Assembly: GCA_963833365.1 (NCBI GenBank)
Contig: CAWHXS010000012.1
Span: forward strand, 56,402-120,401
Direction: 5' to 3'
Source: an uncultured Gemmatimonadales bacterium
GTDB lineage: Bacteria > Gemmatimonadota > Gemmatimonadetes > Gemmatimonadales > GWC2-71-9
DNA: 64,000 nt
Shown here: positions 38,972 to 48,398 of the stretch, in pieces
Layout of the letters: every line of letters starts with the position of its first letter
How positions within the stretch are numbered: the stretch's first letter is position 1
Translations under genes and position numbers: made by a program
Notes under the pieces: model-generated
The model's input: the letters and a program-made list of their open reading frames with translations, nothing else
Databases searched by the model: none
What the model was told of the DNA's origin: nothing

Positions 38972-40123
38972 ATGCCCCACGCAATCCTCAATCCCCAAGT
39001 GCGGCAAGAGCTTCGGACCCCGGCGCCAAGCCCGGAACCCTGGGCTCTCCATCAAAAACTCCCCGGCTACCAGCCCACTCCGCTCCGGCAACTGGACGAC
39101 TTGGCCCGCATTGCAGGGGTACGCGCGGTTCATCTGAAGGACGAGTCGAATCGGTTTGGTCTTCCGGCCTACAAGATCCTCGGAGCATCGTGGGCAACGT
39201 TGCGAATTCTCGAGCGCATGCTGGGCTCAGCGCTCGAACCCTGGACCAACGTTGACCAGCTTCGTGAGCGGTTGGTACCGCTCGGCCGGCTCAAACTCAT
39301 CACGATGACCGATGGCAATCATGGACGCGGTGTCGCGCGGGTTGCCCGATGGCTCGGCTACACGGCGGAGATATTTGTCCCCCGGGGAACCGCTCAGGCT
39401 CGCATCGAAGGGATCGAATCCGAAGGCGCGGTAGTAACGATCGTCGACGGGACGTATGACGATGCGGTCGAGCGCGCGGCCTCCTCTGTTGCTCCCGGGG
39501 TAATCCTGGTTTCCGACCATGGCTGGCCGGGATTCGAGGAAGTTCCGTCCTGGGTGGCAGAAGGTTACGAGACGATTTTTCTGGAGATCGAGCGGCAGAT
39601 CGCGGATCAGCAAATCGCGCCACCGGATCTGGTGCTGGTACAAATCGGAGTCGGCACGCTGGCAAGCGCCGTGGTTGCGCATTTCAGGGCTGAGGGTCGC
39701 GCAACGTTTCCAACCCTGGTGGGTGTCGAGCCGACTGGAGCCGCGTGTGCGCTCCACTCGATTGAAGCAGGGAAGCCGGTCATGCTCCACGCCGGCGCCG
39801 ATGCTTCCATCATGGCCGGCCTCAACTGCGGGACTCCATCAACCGCCGCTTGGCCCGCCCTCGAGGACGGGATCGATGCCTACCTGGAGATCGAAGACGA
39901 GAGGGCCCGCGAGGCAATGCGCCTGCTGGCCGCATCCGGTGTCGTCGCCGGGGAATCCGGCGCCGCATCCACCGGAGGCCTGCTCGAGTTGATGAAGGGG
40001 GTAGCAACACGCCGGGTGCGCGAGGCACTTGAAGTCGGTCCTGAAACCCGGGTCCTGCTGATTTCTACGGAGGGCGCGACTGATCCCGCGAGCTACCGCC
40101 GAATTGTCGGACGCTCACCCTGA
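38972..40123 (+). CDS. Diaminopropionate ammonia-lyase-like PLP enzyme
   Basis: 383 aa. HLKDESNRFGLPAYKILGASWA (PLP-lysine region typical of DpaL/YgeX). Fold-type II PLP layout. Confidence 0.7.
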   Translation: MPHAILNPQVRQELRTPAPSPEPWALHQKLPGYQPTPLRQLDDLARIAGVRAVHLKDESNRFGLPAYKILGASWATLRILERMLGSALEPWTNVDQLRERLVPLGRLKLITMTDGNHGRGVARVARWLGYTAEIFVPRGTAQARIEGIESEGAVVTIVDGTYDDAVERAASSVAPGVILVSDHGWPGFEEVPSWVAEGYETIFLEIERQIADQQIAPPDLVLVQIGVGTLASAVVAHFRAEGRATFPTLVGVEPTGAACALHSIEAGKPVMLHAGADASIMAGLNCGTPSTAAWPALEDGIDAYLEIEDERAREAMRLLAASGVVAGESGAASTGGLLELMKGVATRRVREALEVGPETRVLLISTEGATDPASYRRIVGRSP

Positions 40124-41100
40124 GGCTCCGCCGCCCGCTCGGCGAAGCGGCGGACAATCTCACCCGCAGGTTCGATCGAGGTGATCTTCCCCGCACTCTT
40201 ACCCGCCTGCCAGTAGTCCCGCTCTCCCGACTCGTCCAACGACGCCCTCTTGAGCTGCCACAGTGACTTGAGCGCGTAGATGGTGCGCATCCAGTGCTTC
40301 GTCCTGCGACCGCGCAGCATCCAGCGAGCGATCGGTCCTGCCTTGAGTCCCATCCGTTCGACGAACGGAGTGCGAATGACCGCGACGGGAACTCCGGTGA
40401 TTCGCTCGCTCAGGACGATGTCGGCTTCCGTCGCTCGAAGAATCGCCTCCTTGTAAGCGGTGCTCGCATGGCACTCCGGCGTAGCGATGAACCGGGTGCC
40501 GAGCTGGGCTCCGGCGTATCCCATTTTTAACGCGGCGGCGAACTCCTCCGGAGTCCCGATCCCCCCGGCACAGATCAGAGGAACCCCCAACGGGCCCAAC
40601 TCTTCGATTAGCTCCTCGGCTGAACTTGGGCCGGCATGCCCACCCGCTCTGCGATTCACCGCGATCAGTCCCTTCACTCCTCCCGCGAGCCCCTTGTCCG
40701 CCCACTTGCGCTCGGTCACGTCGTGGTAGACTACGCCCCCGACCGGCGTCACCCGTTCCACTACCCAGCGCGGGTTTCCGAGCGATGTCACGAAGAAGCG
40801 AACTCCTTCCTCCAGGGCGATGTCGATCCAGCGCGACATGCGCTCGTGGTAGGCGCGGGACGATTGCTCGATCAGGGCGTTCATGCCGATCGGCTTGGAA
40901 GTCAGCCGCCGGATGAGACGAAGTCCCTCTCGAAAATCGTGACCGTGGACGTAGGTGAGTGAAATGGGTTGGACAATCCCGATTCCGCCGGCCTCCGAGA
41001 CCGCCGCGACCAGCTCGGGATTACTGCAGGGATACATGGCACCACAGATCAGCGGTACTTCGATGCCTGCATGCGCGGTGAGCGGAGTGGAAAAGGTCAC
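40093..41100 (-). CDS. Nitronate monooxygenase (NMO / 2-nitropropane dioxygenase family)
   Basis: Start placed at GTG 41098-41100 (VTFSTPLTAHAGIEVPLICGAMYPCSNPELVAAVSEAGGIGIVQP). ICAGGIG and GAQLGTRF motifs. 31-nt 3' overlap with the convergent dpaL-like gene. Confidence 0.8.
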   Translation of the reverse strand: MTFSTPLTAHAGIEVPLICGAMYPCSNPELVAAVSEAGGIGIVQPISLTYVHGHDFREGLRLIRRLTSKPIGMNALIEQSSRAYHERMSRWIDIALEEGVRFFVTSLGNPRWVVERVTPVGGVVYHDVTERKWADKGLAGGVKGLIAVNRRAGGHAGPSSAEELIEELGPLGVPLICAGGIGTPEEFAAALKMGYAGAQLGTRFIATPECHASTAYKEAILRATEADIVLSERITGVPVAVIRTPFVERMGLKAGPIARWMLRGRRTKHWMRTIYALKSLWQLKRASLDESGERDYWQAGKSAGKITSIEPAGEIVRRFAERAAEPQGERPTIRR

Positions 41101-41105
41101 GTCGC

Positions 41106-41597
41106 TCAGGCCCTGGGTTCGACCAGGCCGAGTCGCCACTTCGCGGTCACTCGCGCCACGAGGTCGGAGGCGCTGTCCCGAATCTCCCCAATCGCATCGT
41201 GATCCATGGATCCAGAGACCACGGGAATCGCGGTCCGGCATTCGGCGATCAGTGTGCCGCGTGCCTTCTTCATGTATTCGACGGAAAGCCCGGTGAGGAT
41301 TCCGCGGACATTTCCGGGCAGGCCCACCAGCGTTGCGAGTCCCGTCGTCAGCTCACCAAGGTTGGCCAGGGCGATGGCGTGAACCGAACGGAGATGATTC
41401 CGGACTTTTCGGCGATCACGCAATTCGACTCGCGCGTACCCGGGCTCGAGTGCCCGGATGTGAGCCCCGATGCTGCCGGAGTAGGGGACCATGAAGCCCA
41501 AGGCGCGGCTGAACAGCCAGGTGCCGCCAGGGAGTGGACGGAGCCTGGTCCAGAGGTCTGCCAGTCCGGCGCCGGAGGACAACGACTTCGGGGGCAT
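41106..41597 (-). CDS. Hotdog-fold protein (DUF4442 / PaaI-like thioesterase)
   Basis: 163 aa. MVPYSGSIGAHIRALEPGYARVELRDRRKVRNHLRSVHAIALANLGELTTG is typical of DUF4442. Confidence 0.6.
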   Translation of the reverse strand: MPPKSLSSGAGLADLWTRLRPLPGGTWLFSRALGFMVPYSGSIGAHIRALEPGYARVELRDRRKVRNHLRSVHAIALANLGELTTGLATLVGLPGNVRGILTGLSVEYMKKARGTLIAECRTAIPVVSGSMDHDAIGEIRDSASDLVARVTAKWRLGLVEPRA

Positions 41598-41707
41598 ACA
41601 GATAGTCTATCCCTTGTCAGGCATCTGGGGCAGGGAAAGTTCCGCTTTGACACTTGTCGTTGCACGGCCTCGTAGGACCGCCCACTCGGAGACCGATCAG
41701 CCTGCTC

Positions 41708-41739
41708 TTGACAGATTGACTACTACTGTAATATTACAG
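41708..41739 (+). promoter_or_regulatory. Candidate blaI promoter overlapping a perfect 14-bp palindromic operator
   Basis: TTGACA at 41708-41713, with TAATAT/ATATTA at 41729-41736. The palindrome CTGTAATATTACAG at 41726-41739 contains the TGTA/TACA half-sites typical of BlaI/MecI boxes. It lies 30 nt upstream of the blaI ATG. Confidence 0.5.
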
Positions 41740-41769
41740 CTGTAGTTAAAGCCAAAACCCTGAGGGGAT

Positions 41770-42168
41770 ATGCCCGAGACTCATCAGCTGACTGATCTTC
41801 AGATCGCCATCATGCGGATTCTCTGGGAACGGAGAGAAGCGACGGTGGCCGAGATCGCGGACGCGCTCCGGGACGAGCGAGGACTGGCACAGACCACGAT
41901 CGCTACCCTACTTTCGCGGTTGGAACGCCGCGGTGTCGTCTCCCACCGGACCCGAGCCCGCCAGTTCGTCTATGCTCCGCTGGTCACCGAATCGGAAGTT
42001 CAGCGGTCGATGGTCACCGAGCTTACCGAGCGGCTCTTCGATGGCGACGTCGCCGCGCTGATGACCCACCTGCTTTCCGCCCGCGAAGTCAGTTCGGGCG
42101 ATCTTGAACGCATCAAAGAGTTGATCGCGGAACACGAAGCCGGCACCGAGGGACCCCGCCATGACTGA
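41770..42168 (+). CDS. blaI: BlaI/MecI/CopY-family transcriptional repressor
   Basis: 132 aa. LTDLQIAIMRILWERREATVAEIADAL...TTIATLLSRLERRGVVSHR winged helix. 8-nt overlap with the downstream M56 gene. Confidence 0.85.
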   Translation: MPETHQLTDLQIAIMRILWERREATVAEIADALRDERGLAQTTIATLLSRLERRGVVSHRTRARQFVYAPLVTESEVQRSMVTELTERLFDGDVAALMTHLLSAREVSSGDLERIKELIAEHEAGTEGPRHD

Positions 42169-44368
42169 ACACATCGCTTCCTGGCTATTCACTTACGCGC
42201 TCCACAGCACCGTCCTCCTGGCCGCCGCGTGGCTGGTCACTTGGCGCCTGGTACGGTCTCATGACGTGCGCGACGTGATCTGGAAATCTGCTCTCGTGGG
42301 CTCGCTCATCACCGCCACGCTTCAGGCTGGTTTGGGGTTTGTGCCCGTCGGCGGGCTGGTTTCAATCGTGGGTGTAGGTGCCGCTCCGGCTGAAAAGCAC
42401 GCCACCGCTCCAGTAAAAGCCGATCGGGCGGTGAGCCCCACAGTAGAAACGAAAGCGATCGACGAGATCCCGGTCGCTGGGCCTCTTTTCAACGCTGCCA
42501 AGGGCACCTCGACGCCGACGGTTCCCGCGGAAGCCGCGATGCAACCGGTATCCGAGCAGGTTAATCGCGCGCAACCGTTCGCGCTGATCGCCTGGGCAGT
42601 GAGTGCCGGCCTGCTGCTGATCCTGTATGGCGCCAACCGGCTTCGGCTCTTCTACCGGTTGGGTTCCCGCCGGCCGATCGACGATCCGCGACTGGCACTG
42701 GTGCTCAACCGGCTCCGGGTCGATGCCGGAATTCGTCGCAGTGTCAGCCTGACTGCAGCTCCCGGTCTCTCCAGCCCCGTGGCGTTGGGCAGCTCCGAAA
42801 TCGCCCTGCCTGAAGCGGCGCTAACCGAGCTAGGACCCGACGCGCAGGAGAGTATGCTGGCGCACGAGCTGGCCCACCTCGCCCGGCGCGATCCGCAGTG
42901 GCTAACCCTGGGCTGTATCATCGAGCGGGTCTTCTTCTTCCAGCCGCTCAACCGGCTGGCTCGGTTCCGGATTCAGGAAGCAGCGGAATTCCTCTGCGAC
43001 GACTGGGCGGCACGCCGGACAGGGTCCGGACTGGTACTCGCCAAGTGCCTGGTGAAGGTTGCCGAATGGATCGATACCTCACCCCAGCCGGTGCCGCTGT
43101 CGGCCATGGCCGAGCGTCGCAGCCAGCTGGTTTCCCGTATTCACCGTCTCATCGAGAATCACGCAATGCGCCCACAGCCTCGCCGGTTCTGGTTGATCCC
43201 TGCTGCGGTGGCCCTGGTCCTCATCACGGCGTTCTCGGTGCCGGGGATTTCGGCCGTCCCGACAGACGTGCAACAGGAGGAGGATTCCAAGGCGGTCTTG
43301 GCGGACACTGGTGAGCGTTCGATGCAGTTCTCCCTGAGCAAGATGCACATTCACACCAGGGAGATCGAGCGGCGCGCGATGCGGCAGGTGAAGGCCGCGA
43401 TGGCTCGGACGTCGATACGGGCGATGCCTGCGATAGATCCGGCGCCGGCTGTGAAGGTTGATCTGCACGGGGTCATGGCGGGTGTCGATTTCAAGGGAAA
43501 GCACGCGGGTGACACAACCAACACCGCAGTGCCCGCTCTTATCGCGGCCCTCAAGGACACCGATGTGAAAGTGCGCCGTGCCGCGGCCTCGTCGCTCGGC
43601 AACCTCGAGGATCCCCGGTCGGTCCCCGCGTTGATCGAGGCACTGCGGGACACGGACAGCGAGGTTCGCGCCTGCGCCGCGGATGCGCTGGGGAACATGG
43701 AAGATCCACGCGCCATCCCCGGGCTGACCGCGGCAATCAAGGACAGCAATCCTGAAGTTCGCCGTCGCGCGATCTCCGCCATCAGCAACATGGAGGGCGG
43801 GAACAAGCCGGTGGATGCTTTCATCGTGGCGCTGTCGGACAGCAATGCGGAAGTGCGCGAGGCGGCGGTCGAAGCGCTCAGCGATGTGCAGGACAAGCGA
43901 GCGGTCCGTCCCCTGATCAAGCTGCTGTCGGATCCTTCGGCTGACGTGCGGCACCAGACGGCCCACGCGTTGGGCAACCTGGAAGACCCTGCGGCTGCTG
44001 AACCGCTCGCCGCGGCACTGCGCGACTCGGATGCCGACGTTCGGAGTGCTGCGGCCCAGTCGCTATCCCAGCTCGGTCTCACGACTGCTCCCGCGGCTCT
44101 GATCGAAGCCACCAAGGACAAGAACCCTGACGTCCGGCAGAACGCGGTCCAGGCGCTGGGCCAGATTCGGGACCCCAAGTCCGTCCCGACGCTGCGCGTC
44201 GCATTGAATGACTCGAACGCCGACGTCCGTGATGCCGCGATCGAGGCCCTGAGTGAAGTTCGGGATTCGTCAGCGCTGGATGCCCTGGTCGCCGCACTCA
44301 AGTCGAGCGACCCCAACGTCAGAAGGCAGGCGGCTGAGGCGCTGGGGCAGAGGGATGAGTCGAATTGA
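42161..44368 (+). CDS. BlaR1-like M56 metalloprotease sensor with a C-terminal array of ~9 HEAT (PBS-lyase type) repeats
   Basis: N-terminal TM helices, the zinc motif HELAHLARRD and FLCDDWAA. A further TM helix (FWLIPAAVALVLITAFSVPGISA) follows. From about 43529 there are nine ~31-aa units such as VPALIAALKDTDVKVRRAAASSLGNLEDPRS. Confidence 0.8.
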   Translation: MTEHIASWLFTYALHSTVLLAAAWLVTWRLVRSHDVRDVIWKSALVGSLITATLQAGLGFVPVGGLVSIVGVGAAPAEKHATAPVKADRAVSPTVETKAIDEIPVAGPLFNAAKGTSTPTVPAEAAMQPVSEQVNRAQPFALIAWAVSAGLLLILYGANRLRLFYRLGSRRPIDDPRLALVLNRLRVDAGIRRSVSLTAAPGLSSPVALGSSEIALPEAALTELGPDAQESMLAHELAHLARRDPQWLTLGCIIERVFFFQPLNRLARFRIQEAAEFLCDDWAARRTGSGLVLAKCLVKVAEWIDTSPQPVPLSAMAERRSQLVSRIHRLIENHAMRPQPRRFWLIPAAVALVLITAFSVPGISAVPTDVQQEEDSKAVLADTGERSMQFSLSKMHIHTREIERRAMRQVKAAMARTSIRAMPAIDPAPAVKVDLHGVMAGVDFKGKHAGDTTNTAVPALIAALKDTDVKVRRAAASSLGNLEDPRSVPALIEALRDTDSEVRACAADALGNMEDPRAIPGLTAAIKDSNPEVRRRAISAISNMEGGNKPVDAFIVALSDSNAEVREAAVEALSDVQDKRAVRPLIKLLSDPSADVRHQTAHALGNLEDPAAAEPLAAALRDSDADVRSAAAQSLSQLGLTTAPAALIEATKDKNPDVRQNAVQALGQIRDPKSVPTLRVALNDSNADVRDAAIEALSEVRDSSALDALVAALKSSDPNVRRQAAEALGQRDESN

Positions 44369-44437
44369 AGATTGAAGATTTCAGATTGCAGATTGAACAG
44401 CTTATAGCTGACGGCTGATGGCTGACGGCCGACGGCT
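44363..44437. repeat. Heptamer arrays (ATTGAAG-type x5) and (GCTGACG-type x4)
   Basis: ATTGAAG ATTGAAG ATTTCAG ATTGCAG ATTGAAC at 44363-44397. GCTGACG GCTGATG GCTGACG GCCGACG at 44407-44434. The GCTGACG unit also occurs at 36845-36858. Confidence 0.8.
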
Positions 44438-44452
44438 CAAACTGAGGGCTTC

Positions 44453-45775
44453 ATGAAGCTATTCCTCCTTGCAGCAACCGGAGTGGTCACACTCGGCGCG
44501 GGAGTTCGGGTCGTGAACAGCGGGCACTCGCCGGGTCATTCAAATCGGCCGGGGCCGGATTCCGCCGCGGTGGTGCGAATGTTCGGCGCATTGGGCAGTG
44601 CCGATCCTGTGGTGTGCGAATTCACCGCCGATCAGATGCGCAATGGCTGGAGCTGGAGCAGCGACGCGAGCCAGATTGCGGCTTTGAGGGATCACACCGC
44701 GGACGACCGCGCCGTCAAAGACATGTTCAACCAGGATGTGAAGGACCCCAAGGCGATCCGGGTACTGGGGAGTCATTTATCCGACCCGAATCCCTGTCTG
44801 CGCCGTACCGCCGCTCAGCTCCTGGGTGGGAGCAACAACGACGAGGCGGTGCGGACGCTCCGAGAGGCAATGAAGAGCTCCGACGGGAAGCTTCGCGAAG
44901 CGGCGGTACTGGGCCTGGGGCACGCGGAAGACATGGGCTCATTTGACGCCCTCACAAAGTCGTTGCGCGATTCCGATGGCGATGTGGCCCGCATGTCGGC
45001 CTGGGCGCTCGGTGAAATCGAAGATTCCAAGGCCATCCCGCCTCTGGTCGATGCGCTCAAGACCCAGAACGCCGGTCTCCGTCATGCCGCGATCTGGGCG
45101 CTCGGACAGATCGAAGATCCGAAGGCCGTGGATCCGCTCCTTCCAATGCTCAAGTCTCAGGACACCGAAACCCGCAGATTGGCGGCGGAGGCGTTGGGAG
45201 ACATCGAAGACGCACGTGCAACCGGCGGTCTCACGGCGATTCTTGGAGACCCCGATGTCGAAGTGCGCCTCGCTGTGGTCCGGGCCCTGGGAGACATCGA
45301 AGACAAGAAGGCCACCCGGCCCCTGCTCAAGCTCCTTAACGATTCAGATTCCGAGGTACGCCGGGCTACCGCCGAAGCGCTGGGCAATATCGAGGATCCG
45401 GCGGCAGCCGATGCTCTGGGAGGAGCATTGAACGATTCGGACAAAGAAGTGCGTCGCGCCGCGGTCGAGGCATTGGGGAATCTCGATGACCTGAATCGGG
45501 CTCCGCCGGCTTTGATTGCCGCGCTCAAGGATTCCGATTGGGAGATCCGGGAAAAGGCGGCCGAGTCGCTTGGCAACATCGGTGATGCCGCGGCCGTACC
45601 CGGGCTGGGTGCTGCGATCCACGATGAGCGGGTCGAGGTACGCCGGAAGGTGATCGAGGCCCTCGGCCAGATGGAAGACGCGCGAGTGACGAATTACCTG
45701 GTTACGGCCATCAAGGATGATGACGCCGAGGTGAGGAAAGCAGCCGCGGAGGCGCTGGGCGAGCACAAGGAGTAG
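44453..45775 (+). CDS. Exported HEAT-repeat protein (~11 PBS-lyase type repeats)
   Basis: 440 aa. An N-terminal hydrophobic signal/anchor, MKLFLLAATGVVTLGAG. It has 31-aa units like IPPLVDALKTQNAGLRHAAIWALGQIEDPKA, of the same type as the C-terminus of the upstream M56 protein. Confidence 0.75.
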   Translation: MKLFLLAATGVVTLGAGVRVVNSGHSPGHSNRPGPDSAAVVRMFGALGSADPVVCEFTADQMRNGWSWSSDASQIAALRDHTADDRAVKDMFNQDVKDPKAIRVLGSHLSDPNPCLRRTAAQLLGGSNNDEAVRTLREAMKSSDGKLREAAVLGLGHAEDMGSFDALTKSLRDSDGDVARMSAWALGEIEDSKAIPPLVDALKTQNAGLRHAAIWALGQIEDPKAVDPLLPMLKSQDTETRRLAAEALGDIEDARATGGLTAILGDPDVEVRLAVVRALGDIEDKKATRPLLKLLNDSDSEVRRATAEALGNIEDPAAADALGGALNDSDKEVRRAAVEALGNLDDLNRAPPALIAALKDSDWEIREKAAESLGNIGDAAAVPGLGAAIHDERVEVRRKVIEALGQMEDARVTNYLVTAIKDDDAEVRKAAAEALGEHKE

Positions 45776-45800
45776 TTTCTTCCCGCCGTGAAGTATCGAG

Positions 45801-45835
45801 ACCCGGGCCTCACGTCATGGGCCCGGGTTTTCTCA
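45801..45835 (+). terminator. Rho-independent terminator after the HEAT gene
   Basis: Stem ACCCGGGCC (45801-45809) / GGCCCGGGT (45820-45828), a 10-nt loop, and the tail TTTTCTCATT. Confidence 0.65.
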
Positions 45836-45903
45836 TTGAGAGATCCTGCGCCGAGTCCGCCCCAGCGTGACGGACCTGTGATCTGCTGGTATGATATCTG
45901 GTC

Positions 45904-48030
45904 ATGTCCTCGCCTCCTCCCCTTCGGCTGATCACGTTTGGGGCGCCTACCGCCCGGCTCTCCGGCGAGGTGCCTCCCCCCGATGTCTTGTGGCGAAAAC
46001 ACCTGGCTCTGCTGATCTACCTGGCGCTTTCCCCCGGGATGACTCGAAGCCGCGAACACCTGCTCGGCCTCCTCTGGCCGGATAAAGACGACGCGAAGGC
46101 CCGTCACTCTCTGAACGAGGCGCTGCGTCGGCTGCGAGTGAGTCTCGGGTCCGACCGGATCATCACGGAGACCGACTCGGTAAGACTGGCGCCTGGCAAT
46201 CTTGAAATCGATGCTCTGGTCGTGTCTGGTGCCGCCCGACCGAGCGGGGTCTTCCTCGAGGGATTTACTCTCGATGATGCCCCCGCGTTCGAGGAGTGGG
46301 CGGAGTCGGCGCGGACCCGCTTCCGGACGCAAGCAACACACTCCTTCCTGGAGGCCGCTCAGGAGCTTCTCGCCTTGAGCAAGACCATGGAGGCGTTGGA
46401 GGCCGCCCGTCACGCACTCGGCCTGGACCGGTACTCGGAACCGGCCGCCCGTCTCGCAATGCGAGCCGCGGCCCTGGGTGGGGACGCCTCCGGTGCCCTG
46501 CGGGAGTTTCACCGATTTGCCGAAGGTCTGGGGGAGTTGGGGGAGCGGCCGAGTCCTGAACTCTCTGCGTTGGCCCAGCGAATCCGCGAGGGGCGGTGGC
46601 TCGACTCCGCGGGGAAGCCGGTCGACGAGCCGCAGCTGGTGGGGCGGGCCGGGACACTGCAGGAGCTGGCGCGTTGGCTCGCTCCGGGGTCGCGCGGAGG
46701 GACGCTTCTTTTCGAGGGCCATCCCGGGATCGGAAAGACCCGGTTGTTCAGCGAAACGATATTGCGCCTGGCGCTCGAGGGTGCCACCACGTGCGTTACC
46801 CGCCCGATCGAGGCGGACCAGACCATACCGTGGAGCACTCTTAGGAGCGTGGTCCGGCGGGGATTGCTGAGCGCACCGGGACTCGCCGCCACTGATCCCG
46901 GCGCCCTGGCGGTTCTCGCCGCGGTGGTTCCCGAGCTTGCCTCGCGGGTAGCTCCTCGAGAACCACGGGATCAGGGGGAGATCGCACTCGCGCTGGGGAT
47001 GATGTTGCGCGCCGTCACCGAGGAAGTGCCGGTGGTAATCGGATTGGACCAGGCGCAATTTGCCGACGACCCATCGCTCGGCGCGCTGCGCGCCGCCATG
47101 GAGAGTCTCACCGACACCCGGGCCTTCCTGCTGCTGACCGCGGTCGCCGGCGATCCCGACACTCCCCGTCAGCTGATCGAGCTGCAAGCGCAGATCGGGC
47201 GCTCGCTCCCGGGTCAGGTCTTCACTCTGGAGGAGCTCGATGCCAAGGCAATGACCGATCTGGTGACCGCAATGGCGCCCTGGTGTGACGAGCCGTCGGC
47301 GCGCAACCGCCTGGTTCGCCGTCTCATGGTCGAAACAGCCGGCCGTCCACTCCTGGCCGTGGCGTTGTTGCGCAGTCTCTCGGAGAGTGTCGCGCTGCGC
47401 GAGCGAGCAGTGGTGTGGCCCCCACCGGAAGAGACCTTCGAGAGTCTGCTACCGGTCGAAGTTCCTCAGCTGGTAAGGTCGGCCGTCCTCGCCCAGGTCG
47501 CGCGGCTCGATGCAAAATCGCGGATCCTTCTCGCCTCCGCAGCCATAGGAACCCGGGTCCTCGATCTGTCCATGGTGGCCGCCCTGTCGGGTGATGCCGC
47601 AGGCGACCTCCCCTCCCAGCTGGCGAGGCTCGAACAGCATCGCTTCCTGGTGCTCGAGGGTGACCGTTACGCCTTCGCGACGCCGCTCATCCAGACGGTT
47701 GTCGAGCGTGCCATGCTCACGCCGGGGCAGGTGAGGGACCTTCGGCGGCGAGCTGTCGAGCTTCTCACCGGTCGGGTAGACCTCGCCTCTCGCGTATTAC
47801 GGGCGGAATTGCAGGTCCGGCTCTCACCGACACCCGAGACTTTTTCGGGATTGCTGGAAATCGCCGCCGATGCGCTGGCGGCTGGGGATCGAAGGACTGC
47901 CCGGCGCTGCCTGGTCAGCGCCGAAGCTTATGGCGCCGACCTACGGCAGGAAGACCGGGCGATCCTTGCGACGCTTCGGGCGCGTCTCGATGCCAGGGGA
48001 GGAGACCCGGTTACCGGGGCAGAGTCTTGA
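45904..48030 (+). CDS. SARP/BTAD-type regulator with P-loop ATPase (AfsR-like, STAND-type layout)
   Basis: 708 aa. A winged-helix/BTAD N-terminus (LLIYLALSPGMTRSREHLLGLLWPDKDDAKARHSLNEALRRLR; FLEGFTLDDAPAFEEWAESARTRFR). Walker A motif FEGHPGIGKTRLF. A helical repeat tail. Confidence 0.7.
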   Translation: MSSPPPLRLITFGAPTARLSGEVPPPDVLWRKHLALLIYLALSPGMTRSREHLLGLLWPDKDDAKARHSLNEALRRLRVSLGSDRIITETDSVRLAPGNLEIDALVVSGAARPSGVFLEGFTLDDAPAFEEWAESARTRFRTQATHSFLEAAQELLALSKTMEALEAARHALGLDRYSEPAARLAMRAAALGGDASGALREFHRFAEGLGELGERPSPELSALAQRIREGRWLDSAGKPVDEPQLVGRAGTLQELARWLAPGSRGGTLLFEGHPGIGKTRLFSETILRLALEGATTCVTRPIEADQTIPWSTLRSVVRRGLLSAPGLAATDPGALAVLAAVVPELASRVAPREPRDQGEIALALGMMLRAVTEEVPVVIGLDQAQFADDPSLGALRAAMESLTDTRAFLLLTAVAGDPDTPRQLIELQAQIGRSLPGQVFTLEELDAKAMTDLVTAMAPWCDEPSARNRLVRRLMVETAGRPLLAVALLRSLSESVALRERAVVWPPPEETFESLLPVEVPQLVRSAVLAQVARLDAKSRILLASAAIGTRVLDLSMVAALSGDAAGDLPSQLARLEQHRFLVLEGDRYAFATPLIQTVVERAMLTPGQVRDLRRRAVELLTGRVDLASRVLRAELQVRLSPTPETFSGLLEIAADALAAGDRRTARRCLVSAEAYGADLRQEDRAILATLRARLDARGGDPVTGAES

Positions 48031-48226
48031 GGCTGAACTCCGCCGGCTTGCACCGCGGCTCCGCCGATGCTCTCAGCGCGGGTGCGCGGGGAGAAACCGG
48101 GGCACACTCGGTCGTTGTACCGGAACCGGGCGTCGTGCCGACTTGGACAACGTTGGGTTCAGTAGTGGAGCTACAGGCAGCGATCATCAGGGTTGCACCA
48201 ATCCAAATCGATTGCTTGACCGACAT
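48011..48226 (-). CDS. Small lipoprotein, paralog 1 (71 aa)
   Basis: MSVKQSIWIGATLMIAAC (lipobox IAAC). The mature 54 aa are Thr/Pro-rich with two further Cys separated by 17 residues. A GGAGG-like SD is present. 20-nt 3' overlap with the convergent SARP gene. Confidence 0.5.
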   Translation of the reverse strand: MSVKQSIWIGATLMIAACSSTTEPNVVQVGTTPGSGTTTECAPVSPRAPALRASAEPRCKPAEFSLKTLPR

Positions 48227-48398
48227 AAGGCCTCCCGGGCCTGGCCGCGAAGCGGCGTGAAACGAGTTGTGGGATCAGCTTCGAGACCAAGCTAGAGGAC
48301 GGCGGCCAAGCCCCAGTCAATCGTCGGGTCCGTGGAGTCAATCCCTTCGCATGCAGGCACTTGCCACTTCGGCCGAGCTTCGCTCACTGACTCGAGGA

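Noticed and set aside
40093-40123. 31-nt convergent overlap of the dpaL-like and nitronate monooxygenase genes as a possible antisense-regulation feature
   Set aside because: Short 3' overlaps of convergent genes are common in compact high-GC genomes. No structure or motif was seen in the overlap.
43529-45772. 93-nt periodicity in the DNA, considered as a possible satellite or tandem repeat
   Set aside because: It is fully explained by the 31-aa HEAT repeats of the two coding genes. The units are diverged at the DNA level.
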